DNA of 64,000 bases from Bacteroidaceae bacterium (GTDB taxonomy: Bacteria > Bacteroidota > Bacteroidia > Bacteroidales > Bacteroidaceae). Of this stretch, positions 36,137 through 44,074 are shown piece after piece. Position 1 is the stretch's first letter; each line of letters opens with the position of its first letter. A model generated the notes under the pieces. That model was not told where the DNA came from. It did not search any database and saw nothing but the letters and a program-made list of their open reading frames with translations. The DNA lies in contig JAGDCM010000088.1 of assembly GCA_017958545.1 (NCBI GenBank), positions 1,249 through 65,248 of the forward strand, read 5' to 3'. The position numbers were made by a program, and so were the translations under genes.

Positions 36137-37426
36137 ATGGATATGAATTTGATTTTAGTTAGCATTGGCGTATTCCTTGTCATCATCCTGGTGTTGGTGG
36201 CAATACTGCTCGTTGCTAAGACTTATTTGTCACCAAGTGGCAATGTGAATATTGTGATTAATGGTAAGGACACCATTTCCGTGCCTCAGGGTGCATCTCT
36301 GCTGTCTACACTCTCTCAGGAGGGTATCTTCCTGCCTTCTGCCTGTGGCGGTAAGGGCAGTTGCGGACAGTGCAAACTGCAGGTTACCGAGGGCGGTGGC
36401 GAGATACTTGATTCCGAGAAGGGTCATTTCTCACGTAAGCAGCAGAAGAACAATTGGCGTTTGGGTTGCCAGTGCAAGGTGAAGGGCGATTTGAAGATTG
36501 CCGTCGACGACTCCGTGATGGGTGTCAAGGAGTGGGAGTGCACCGTTATCGGCAATAAGAACGTGGCTACCTTTATTAAAGAATATAAGGTGGCTCTGCC
36601 TCCCGGCGAACACATGGACTTCGAGCCCGGTTCGTATGCACAAATCAAGATTCCCGCATTCGATTGCATTGATTACGGCAAGGACTTCGACAAGTCCCTC
36701 ATCGGCGATACATATCTGCCTGCATGGGAAAAGTTCGGTCTGTTCCCCCTCAAGTGTACGAACCCCGAACCCACCATCCGTGCTTATTCTATGGCCAACT
36801 ATCCTGACGAGGGTGACATCATTACGCTGAATGTGCGTATTGCCACACCTCCCTTCAAGCCGAAGGAACAGGGTCCTGGCTTCATGGATGTGAATCCGGG
36901 TATCGCTTCTTCCTACATCTTCTCTCTCAAACCGGGCGACAAGGTGACGATGAGCGGTCCTTACGGAGAATTCCGTCCCGTTTACGGTTCCGGGCGTGAG
37001 ATGATATGGGTAGGCGGTGGTGCCGGTATGGCTCCTCTTCGTGCTCAGATTATGCACATGCTGAAGGGCCACGGTGTCAGCGATGAAGACCGCAAGCGTC
37101 CCATGCACTATTTCTACGGTGCACGTGCATTGGAGGAAATACCGTTCCTCGACGACTTCCTGCAGCTGGAGAAGGACTTCCCCAACTTCCATTTCCATCT
37201 GGCTCTCGACCGTCCCGATCCGAAGGCAGATGCAGCAGGTATCAAGTACACTCCGGGCTTCGTGGCACCGGTGATGGGCGACACCTATCTGAAGCAGCAC
37301 GAGGCCCCAGAAGATTGTGAGTACTATCTCTGCGGACCTCCAATGATGGCTAAGACAGTGCTTGACCTCCTGCACTCTCTCGGTGTGGAGGACGACATGA
37401 TTCGTTTCGACAATTTTGGTGGTTAA
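36137..37426 (+). CDS. nqrF: Na+-NQR subunit F (2Fe-2S ferredoxin + FAD/NADH domains)
   Basis: N-terminal TM segment, CGGKGSCGQCK 2Fe-2S motif, RAYSMAN FAD motif, GGGAGMAP NAD motif. Confidence 0.95.
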   Translation: MDMNLILVSIGVFLVIILVLVAILLVAKTYLSPSGNVNIVINGKDTISVPQGASLLSTLSQEGIFLPSACGGKGSCGQCKLQVTEGGGEILDSEKGHFSRKQQKNNWRLGCQCKVKGDLKIAVDDSVMGVKEWECTVIGNKNVATFIKEYKVALPPGEHMDFEPGSYAQIKIPAFDCIDYGKDFDKSLIGDTYLPAWEKFGLFPLKCTNPEPTIRAYSMANYPDEGDIITLNVRIATPPFKPKEQGPGFMDVNPGIASSYIFSLKPGDKVTMSGPYGEFRPVYGSGREMIWVGGGAGMAPLRAQIMHMLKGHGVSDEDRKRPMHYFYGARALEEIPFLDDFLQLEKDFPNFHFHLALDRPDPKADAAGIKYTPGFVAPVMGDTYLKQHEAPEDCEYYLCGPPMMAKTVLDLLHSLGVEDDMIRFDNFGG

Positions 37427-39059
37427 AAAGTCACTGATTTTGATAATTATTGTCCTGAGTGCAACGTTTGTTTGCGCTCAGGACTTTCCTTTGTTGCATG
37501 CACGCCGTTCGCAGGGAGACCCGTTCAACCGCTCATGCCCGACAATAGATGGGAGAAAAGCTGTTGTTGGATGCGTGGCGACGGCAGTGGAGCATATCGT
37601 AAACTACTGGCATTATCCCAACAGTTTGTGTGAAGAAATCCCGGAATATGTAACGGAGAAATATGCACTTCCTGCTGTTCCGGAGGGCACGACGATTGAT
37701 TGGGCAAATATGCAGGAGGATTATCTGGACTCTCCGTACACAGAGGAGGCTGCTAAGGCTGTTGCCGATTTGTCGCTATGGATAGGGCAGGCATTAAGGG
37801 CCAACTACGGCGTTTCTTCCACATCGGCCAGCAGTTGGAATGTGCCGGATGTGCTAAAAAACGTATTTGGCTATAAGACAGTGGAGATATGTTGTAGGGA
37901 TTCGTATACGGCTCCTGCGTGGAGAAGACTCTTGAATCACGAACTGGATAACGGAAGACCAATGTACTTTAGCGGTTATCACAGCGGAGGAGCTCATGCA
38001 TGGGTTGTAGACGGTTGGGATGATGAGTATTACCACTGCAACTGGGGCGAGAATAATTACCGTGACGGATACTACAGTCAGGATGCTTTCAACGAATATC
38101 AGAATGTGCAGGACTTCACATACATGGAGCGCTTTTCCGGTTTTGCCTCAAATCAGTTGTGTATATGCATCTCTCCTGATGAGGTGGAAACACTGGCATG
38201 GGACAGTATCCATACGCAGGATTTTGTGAGGGTACACAAGGTGAAGTTGCTTCGTGAGGTGTCGGCAGAAGATTACGTATTGGCAGACGTGACGATAGAG
38301 AATCTTCATGAAGATACCCTATATTATACGTTGGAAGGTGTTACGTTCACACCGGAGGTATGGGAGCGAGGTGATATAGAAGAAATGCTTCAGGACGGTT
38401 CGTTTAGCGGCGTGTGTTCTTTTATTCTTCCTCCGTTAAGTACGACGAAGCAAAGGGCTTGCTTCCGTTTCTCAAAAACAGGTCAGAGGGTGTTTACGGT
38501 GACCTTTGACGAAATGGAATATTTCTGTGACACATTGCTTAATGTGTTGCCGGCAAAGAGCCTTTCGTTGGATTATTCTGAGATGAGCGTCAGTTTCCCG
38601 GAGGTGGGAGATGCATTGATAGACGGCTATGTGACAAATACATCGCAGTCTGCCACTTACGGCTCGGTGCTGAATTTCTGGCTTGTGGAGGAGGGTGCAT
38701 CACCGGATGATGAAACGCTGGACAATGTGTCTGCCCGCTATATCTATCTCAATATCGGACCTGGGGAAAAAGTCCGTTATTCAGAGCAGACAGAACTCCA
38801 TTCGAAAGTTTTGTTCAAGGGACTTACGGTTGGTGAGACATATTCTTTATGGCTTCGGCAGAACTGGTTGCCGATAGTTAAGACGCTCACATTTACCGTT
38901 CCGGATCATCCGTCGGATATACAAATAAGGAAACTTGCATCGTCATTTGCCGGTAAGGAGGGTGGCGACGAAAGAATATACGACCTTTCCGGTCGCCCAC
39001 AACGCTCCCTGAAGGGCTTATATATAAAAGATAATAAGGTATATTGGTCTCCAAAGTAA
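37416..39059 (+). CDS. C10 family (streptopain/interpain-like) cysteine peptidase with T9SS-like C-terminal tail
   Basis: Signal peptide; catalytic Cys context VGCVATAVEHIVNYWHYP; His context GGAHAWVVDGWD; C-terminus YDLSGRPQ..LKGLYI. TTG/GVG start overlaps the nqrF stop. Confidence 0.75.
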   Translation: MVVKKSLILIIIVLSATFVCAQDFPLLHARRSQGDPFNRSCPTIDGRKAVVGCVATAVEHIVNYWHYPNSLCEEIPEYVTEKYALPAVPEGTTIDWANMQEDYLDSPYTEEAAKAVADLSLWIGQALRANYGVSSTSASSWNVPDVLKNVFGYKTVEICCRDSYTAPAWRRLLNHELDNGRPMYFSGYHSGGAHAWVVDGWDDEYYHCNWGENNYRDGYYSQDAFNEYQNVQDFTYMERFSGFASNQLCICISPDEVETLAWDSIHTQDFVRVHKVKLLREVSAEDYVLADVTIENLHEDTLYYTLEGVTFTPEVWERGDIEEMLQDGSFSGVCSFILPPLSTTKQRACFRFSKTGQRVFTVTFDEMEYFCDTLLNVLPAKSLSLDYSEMSVSFPEVGDALIDGYVTNTSQSATYGSVLNFWLVEEGASPDDETLDNVSARYIYLNIGPGEKVRYSEQTELHSKVLFKGLTVGETYSLWLRQNWLPIVKTLTFTVPDHPSDIQIRKLASSFAGKEGGDERIYDLSGRPQRSLKGLYIKDNKVYWSPK

Positions 39060-39117
39060 AAAAAAGACAGGTGTAATGTCACTTTTTTATTAAAAATATT
39101 GCTTGTTTTCAGAAAAA

Positions 39118-39163
39118 TACGTAACTTTGCAGCGCAAAACGTAAGATTAGAGTGCAAAACGTA
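39118..39163 (+). promoter_or_regulatory. -7 box TAACTTTG (39122..39129) embedded in three copies of a TACGTTTTGC-like half-site (putative operator)
   Basis: TACGTAACTTTGC (39118..39130) is an imperfect inverted partner of GCAAAACGTA (39134..39143). An exact second GCAAAACGTA lies at 39154..39163, 20 nt downstream. Confidence 0.5.
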
Positions 39164-39264
39164 CACAATTTTTATTATGGCTTCTATGCATACTTTTACT
39201 TTAACAACGAGTAAGAGCGAGGCCGTGTGTGTACTAAAAAGGAAGAGATAGAACAAAAAAGATA

Positions 39265-39298
39265 GGGTCTCGCTCATAATAGGGCGGGACCTTTTTTT
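39265..39298 (+). terminator. Intrinsic terminator hairpin + U7 inside the leader, 6 nt before the pheA start (putative attenuator)
   Basis: GGTCTCGC (39266..39273) pairs with GCGGGACC (39284..39291): 8 bp including one G.U, with a 10-nt loop, then T7 at 39292..39298. Confidence 0.6.
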
Positions 39299-39304
39299 GA
39301 GCAT

Positions 39305-40171
39305 ATGGAAAGTGAACAGATAACACAGAAACGTAGAGTGGCCATACAAGGAATATATGGCAGTTTTCATGATATAGCAGCTCATCATTATTTTACAGGT
39401 GAAGAGCTGCAACTGGTGGAGTGCGATACGTTTGAAGATGTTTTCCACAGTATGAAGAATGACCCCTCTATGGTTGCAATGGTGGCAATAGAAAATACTA
39501 TTGCTGGCAGTCTGCTTCATAATTATGAACTGCTCAGGGAGTCGGGTATGACTATTGTCGGGGAGCATAAATTGCGTATATCGCATTCCATCATGTGTTT
39601 GCCGGACGACAATTGGGCAGACGTCACGGAAGTGAACTCACATCCTGTGGCTCTGATGCAGTGCCGTTCATTCCTTGCTGCTCATCATGGACTGAAGATA
39701 GTGGAAGTGGATGATACCGCAGGAGCAGCCCGTAATATACATGAAAGGAACCTTCACGGTCACGCGGCTATCTGTCATAAGGATGCTGCTAAGATATATA
39801 ACATGAAGATACTTGAGGAAGGAATAGAGACGAATAAGCATAACTTCACCAGATTTCTGGTGTTGACATCTCAGGAAAATGCGGATAATCTGCGCAAGAA
39901 GGAACTGACAGACAAATCGTCATTGGTGTTTTCCCTGCCACATGAGGAAGGTTCTCTATCTGCGATACTCTCGGTGCTCTCTTTCTATAAGATAAATCTT
40001 ACTAAGATACAGTCTTTGCCAATTATCGGGAGAGAGTGGGAATATCTCTTTTACATAGACCTCACATTCTCAGATTACGAGAGATACAGACAATCTCTTG
40101 ATGCCATACGCCCTCTCACAAGAGAGATGCGTATTCTGGGAGAATATTCCAGTGGCAGACAGACAATATAG
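39305..40171 (+). CDS. pheA: Prephenate dehydratase (with ACT domain)
   Basis: 288 aa. AIQGIYGSFHD, VAIENTIAGS, TRFLVL, and the ACT region LSVLSFYKINLTKIQSLP. Confidence 0.9.
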   Translation: MESEQITQKRRVAIQGIYGSFHDIAAHHYFTGEELQLVECDTFEDVFHSMKNDPSMVAMVAIENTIAGSLLHNYELLRESGMTIVGEHKLRISHSIMCLPDDNWADVTEVNSHPVALMQCRSFLAAHHGLKIVEVDDTAGAARNIHERNLHGHAAICHKDAAKIYNMKILEEGIETNKHNFTRFLVLTSQENADNLRKKELTDKSSLVFSLPHEEGSLSAILSVLSFYKINLTKIQSLPIIGREWEYLFYIDLTFSDYERYRQSLDAIRPLTREMRILGEYSSGRQTI

Positions 40172-40205
40172 TAGAACCGTACAATATAATAAAATAATCA
40201 ATTCA

Positions 40206-41378
40206 ATGATTACGCCAGCAGACAGATTGAATTTGGTGCAAGAATACTATTTCAGTCGTAAACTTAAAGAAGTGGCTCAGCTGAATGCCGAAGGTCGGGA
40301 TATTATTTCATTGGCTATAGGAAGCCCGGATATGCCTCCTTCTAAGTCTACTGTTGATGTGCTTTGTCGTGAAGCAATGCGCGATGACACTCACGGATAT
40401 CAGCCGACGATAGGTATTCCGCAGTTGAGAAAGGCAATGGCGGAGTTTTACTTAAGATGGTATGGAGTGGAACTCGACCCGGCTACGGAGATACAGCCGC
40501 TGATAGGTAGTAAGGAGGGAATCCTGCACGTTACCTTGGCGTTTTGCAACCCAGGTGATAAGGTGCTTGTTCCTAATCCTGGATATCCTACTTATACCTC
40601 ATTGTCCAAACTTCTCGGACAGGAGGTGGTCAATTATGACCTATTGGAAAAGAACGGATGGCAACCGGATTTTGAACAGTTGGAGGCAATGGACCTGACT
40701 GGCGTGAAGATGATGTGGACGAATTATCCGAATATGCCGACAGGTGGAAGGGCGACACGTGAACTGTACGAGCGGATAGTACGTTTCGCCCGTGAACACG
40801 AAATACTCGTTGTGAACGACAACCCGTATAGTTTTATCCTAAACAAGGATGAACACTTGTCAATACTGCAGGTTCCGGGAGCGAAGGACTGTTGTATAGA
40901 ATTCAATTCGATGTCCAAATCCCACAATATGCCGGGATGGCGTGTCGCAATGTTGGCAACAAATGCGGAATTTGTAAAATGGATTATTAAGGTAAAGTCA
41001 AATATAGATTCCGGAACATTCCGACCCATACAATTGGCGGCGGCCGAAGCCTATAGTAATTCGGATGAATGGCATCAGAAATTCAATATCGAAACTTATG
41101 CAGAGCGCAGAGTCATCGCGGAAGATATTATGCGTGAACTGGGGTGCTCATTTGATAAGAACCAGCAGGGTATGTTCCTATGGGGACGTATACCGGATGA
41201 TGTTGATAATGTGGAGACTCTCACGGAACATGTACTTCATGATGCCCGTGTCTTTATTACACCCGGATTCATTTTCGGCTCGAATGGAAGCAGATATATT
41301 CGCATCTCTCTTTGTGCCAAACCGAACAAGATGCGCGAGGCTCTGCGTAGAATATGTGAGATGAACAAAAATGTTTGA
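40206..41378 (+). CDS. Class I/II PLP-dependent aminotransferase (aromatic / LL-DAP aminotransferase-like)
   Basis: ATG 40206 (MITPADRL). SMSKSHNMPGWRV PLP-lysine motif. The track start at 40098 overlaps the pheA end. Confidence 0.85.
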   Translation: MITPADRLNLVQEYYFSRKLKEVAQLNAEGRDIISLAIGSPDMPPSKSTVDVLCREAMRDDTHGYQPTIGIPQLRKAMAEFYLRWYGVELDPATEIQPLIGSKEGILHVTLAFCNPGDKVLVPNPGYPTYTSLSKLLGQEVVNYDLLEKNGWQPDFEQLEAMDLTGVKMMWTNYPNMPTGGRATRELYERIVRFAREHEILVVNDNPYSFILNKDEHLSILQVPGAKDCCIEFNSMSKSHNMPGWRVAMLATNAEFVKWIIKVKSNIDSGTFRPIQLAAAEAYSNSDEWHQKFNIETYAERRVIAEDIMRELGCSFDKNQQGMFLWGRIPDDVDNVETLTEHVLHDARVFITPGFIFGSNGSRYIRISLCAKPNKMREALRRICEMNKNV

Positions 41379-41399
41379 CAATATAAATAGACAATAGAT

Positions 41400-42464
41400 A
41401 TGGATCTCAAATTAAAACCGCTAGCATTGCCTAGTGACAATGTTCGCCCGTTCGTCATCAGTGGACCTTGTTCGGCAGAAACGGAAGAACAAGTGATGAC
41501 TACAGCCCTGCAATTAGCAATGAAGGGTTGTCATATATTCCGTGCCGGAGTGTGGAAGCCTCGTACGAAACCAGGTGGTTTTGAAGGTAACGGAGAAAAG
41601 GCATTGCCTTGGTTGGAACGTGTAAAAAAAGAAACGGGAATGCTCATTGCAACAGAGGTTGCAACACCGGAACATGTGGAACTCTGTCTAAAGCATGGTA
41701 TAGATATTTTGTGGGTGGGTGCCAGAACCACAGCTAATCCCTTTGCTGTTCAGGCTATAGCCGATGCATTGAAAGGTGTGGATATTCCTGTGTTTGTAAA
41801 GAATCCTGTAAATCCTGATATAGAACTCTGGGTGGGAGCTCTGGAACGCATCAATGGTGCTGGTGTTGAGCGCTTGGGAGCTATTCATCGCGGATTCTCA
41901 AGCATTGATAACAAGATATACCGCAATCTTCCTATGTGGCAGTTGCCGATTGAATTGAAGCGCCGTTATCCGGATTTGCCGATAGTAAACGATCCCAGCC
42001 ATATAGGCGGTCGTCGCGATTTGATTGCTCCGCTTTGTCAGCAAGCAATGGATTTGGGTATGGATGGACTTATTGTAGAGAGTCATTGTGATCCCGATAG
42101 AGCTTGGAGTGATGCAAAACAACAGGTGACTCCGGAGGTTTTGGATTTTATACTTGATAAACTTGTTATTCGCCAGGAAGTATCTACGACGGAAAGCATA
42201 AATGCGATGCGTAAACAGATAGACGAATATGATGACCAACTTATAGATATTCTTGGTAAGCGGATGAAGGTGTGCCGCGAAATAGGCCAATATAAGAAAA
42301 ATCATGATATGACCATTCTTCAGACTCAACGTTATACGGAGATTCTTGATAAACGTGGAGCTCAGGGCAGTCTTGTCGGTATCTCTCCGGATTGCGTCAA
42401 GGCGATTTTCGAACATATCCATGAGGAGAGTGTACAGCAGCAAATGAGAATAATAAATGAGTAA
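41400..42464 (+). CDS. Bifunctional 3-deoxy-7-phosphoheptulonate synthase (type I-beta) / chorismate mutase
   Basis: N-terminal KDO8P/DAHP synthase-like barrel (GPCSAE, FRAGVWKPRT, DPSH) and a C-terminal AroQ chorismate mutase helix bundle (IDEYDDQLIDILGKRMKV). Confidence 0.85.
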   Translation: MDLKLKPLALPSDNVRPFVISGPCSAETEEQVMTTALQLAMKGCHIFRAGVWKPRTKPGGFEGNGEKALPWLERVKKETGMLIATEVATPEHVELCLKHGIDILWVGARTTANPFAVQAIADALKGVDIPVFVKNPVNPDIELWVGALERINGAGVERLGAIHRGFSSIDNKIYRNLPMWQLPIELKRRYPDLPIVNDPSHIGGRRDLIAPLCQQAMDLGMDGLIVESHCDPDRAWSDAKQQVTPEVLDFILDKLVIRQEVSTTESINAMRKQIDEYDDQLIDILGKRMKVCREIGQYKKNHDMTILQTQRYTEILDKRGAQGSLVGISPDCVKAIFEHIHEESVQQQMRIINE

Positions 42465-42491
42465 TAGAATTCTCTGTAATCTTTTATTCTT

Positions 42492-43265
42492 ATGAAAATA
42501 CTGATTCTTGGTGCAGGCAAGATGGGCTCTTTCTTTACAGATGTACTCTCTTTTGATCATGAGTGTGCTGTATATGAGATTGATCCGCGTCGCATGCGTT
42601 TTCTGTACAATACTCAGCGATTCACGACAGTAGAGGAGATAGAGGCGTTCCGTCCCAATCTGGTTATTAACTGTGTGACGCTTAAGTATACACTTCAGGT
42701 CTTTGACCAACTGATTCCTCATCTTCCGGAAGACTGTATCCTGTCGGACATATCCTCAGTAAAGACAGGGTTTCGTGAATATTATGAGAAGACAGGTCGA
42801 CATTATTGTTCTACGCATCCGATGTTTGGTCCCACTTTTGCGAACTTGGGTGCCCTTTCGTCCGAGAATGCAATAGTCATTAATGAGGGTGATTATCTGG
42901 GAAGGGTATTCTTCTTAGATCTGTATCGTCGTCTGGGGCTCAATGTGCATGAATATTCTTTTGATGAGCATGATGAGGCGATGGCCTACAGCCTATCAGT
43001 GCCATTCGTGAGTACTTTTGTGTTTTCTGCGGTGATGAAGCGTCAAGATGCCCCGGGAACGACATTCAAGCGTCATCTCAATATCGCAAAGGGTGTACTT
43101 TCTGAGGATGATACTCTCCTGCGCGAAATACTGTTTAATCCTCGCACAAAGCATCATGTTGAGCAAATCAGATCAGAATTAAAAGAACTGATCCAGATAA
43201 TTGATGCCCGTGACGAAGATGCCTTAAACGGTTATCTTACAAAAATAAGAAAAAATATCAGTTAA
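42492..43265 (+). CDS. tyrA: Prephenate dehydrogenase
   Basis: MKILILGAGKMG Rossmann motif, SVK and HPMFGP motifs. Confidence 0.85.
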   Translation: MKILILGAGKMGSFFTDVLSFDHECAVYEIDPRRMRFLYNTQRFTTVEEIEAFRPNLVINCVTLKYTLQVFDQLIPHLPEDCILSDISSVKTGFREYYEKTGRHYCSTHPMFGPTFANLGALSSENAIVINEGDYLGRVFFLDLYRRLGLNVHEYSFDEHDEAMAYSLSVPFVSTFVFSAVMKRQDAPGTTFKRHLNIAKGVLSEDDTLLREILFNPRTKHHVEQIRSELKELIQIIDARDEDALNGYLTKIRKNIS

Positions 43266-43965
43266 GCAGTAGCTCTAACAGATTTGCATTAGCCTCGGAG
43301 AGATTCTCTGAGGCTTTTTCAAGGTTATTCAGGAAGCTCTCCAAGGTTGGAGCCGTGTCATCGCACAAGTCTGTAACACTCTTGATGAGTAGTATCGGGA
43401 CATTCAGTAAGGAGCAAACGAATGCGACGGCGGCCCCTTCCATGTCTTTCAGCTCACCTCCTTCACGCTCGATAATTACCTCATCACAAGGCTGCAAATC
43501 CAAACTGGATCCGGTTGTCACACGTCCCATATCCAAATTCAGTTTAGAAGCAATCTCTATGCTCTTTTCCCATACAGGATAGTTGCCCAGCCCTTGGGTT
43601 CCCCAATCATCGTCTCCGGGAACTCGTCTGTCATGGAACATTACGCCGTCTGCTATATATACTTTGCCGATTTTAGCCCCCTTACGTTCCCATGCTCCAC
43701 ACGTTCCGCTGTTGATGATGAGGTCGGGCTTGAGACGTTCTATGGCGGCAAGCGTTGCAACAGATGCAGCCTCGCATCCGAGTAGGTCTCTTTCATGCTG
43801 ACGCCCCAATGTGACAATGCTTAAGGTTGAATTTGGAGCAATATCGTTGTGTTGAAAGAGTCGGCATGGTAGAGGAGCAAAGTACTTCTCCACTTCTTTC
43901 ACTCCAAAACGTTGAATGAAGGGTTTTGCTTCAGCCTCCATCGCAATAATATAGCAAATGTGCAT
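43258..43965 (-). CDS. MTA/SAH nucleosidase-like phosphorylase family protein
   Basis: ATG 43965 (MHICYIIAMEAEAKPF). PNP_UDP_1-type motifs AMEAEA, INSGTCG, KDMEGAAVA. Its 3' end overlaps the tyrA 3' end by 8 nt. Confidence 0.7.
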   Translation of the reverse strand: MHICYIIAMEAEAKPFIQRFGVKEVEKYFAPLPCRLFQHNDIAPNSTLSIVTLGRQHERDLLGCEAASVATLAAIERLKPDLIINSGTCGAWERKGAKIGKVYIADGVMFHDRRVPGDDDWGTQGLGNYPVWEKSIEIASKLNLDMGRVTTGSSLDLQPCDEVIIEREGGELKDMEGAAVAFVCSLLNVPILLIKSVTDLCDDTAPTLESFLNNLEKASENLSEANANLLELLLN

Positions 43966-44025
43966 ATTTATTATAAAATTTTGTGCGAAATTAATATTTT
44001 TTATTTGTGCGACCAAATAATGTTG

Positions 44026-44044
44026 TTTTTTTTTTGTACTTTTG
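44026..44044 (+). promoter_or_regulatory. T10 tract + G + TACTTTTG -7 box upstream of the permease gene
   Basis: TAnnTTTG match 30 nt upstream of GTG 44075, with a 10-nt homopolymer abutting it. Confidence 0.5.
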
Positions 44045-44074
44045 CCGTAGAATAGTTAGTATAATATTAGCATC

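Noticed and set aside
39060-39100. Terminator after the C10 peptidase gene (A8 ... GACAGGTGTAATGTCAC ... T6).
   Set aside because: I could not draw a stem longer than 3-4 bp, so it is not reported as a feature.
39177-39251. Interpreting the 24-codon leader ORF as a Phe/Tyr-sensing leader peptide.
   Set aside because: It contains one Phe, no Tyr and no Trp. The only enriched residue is Thr (TFTLTT). The hairpin competition is kept as a finding, but the classical aromatic-codon attenuation model is not supported by the peptide.
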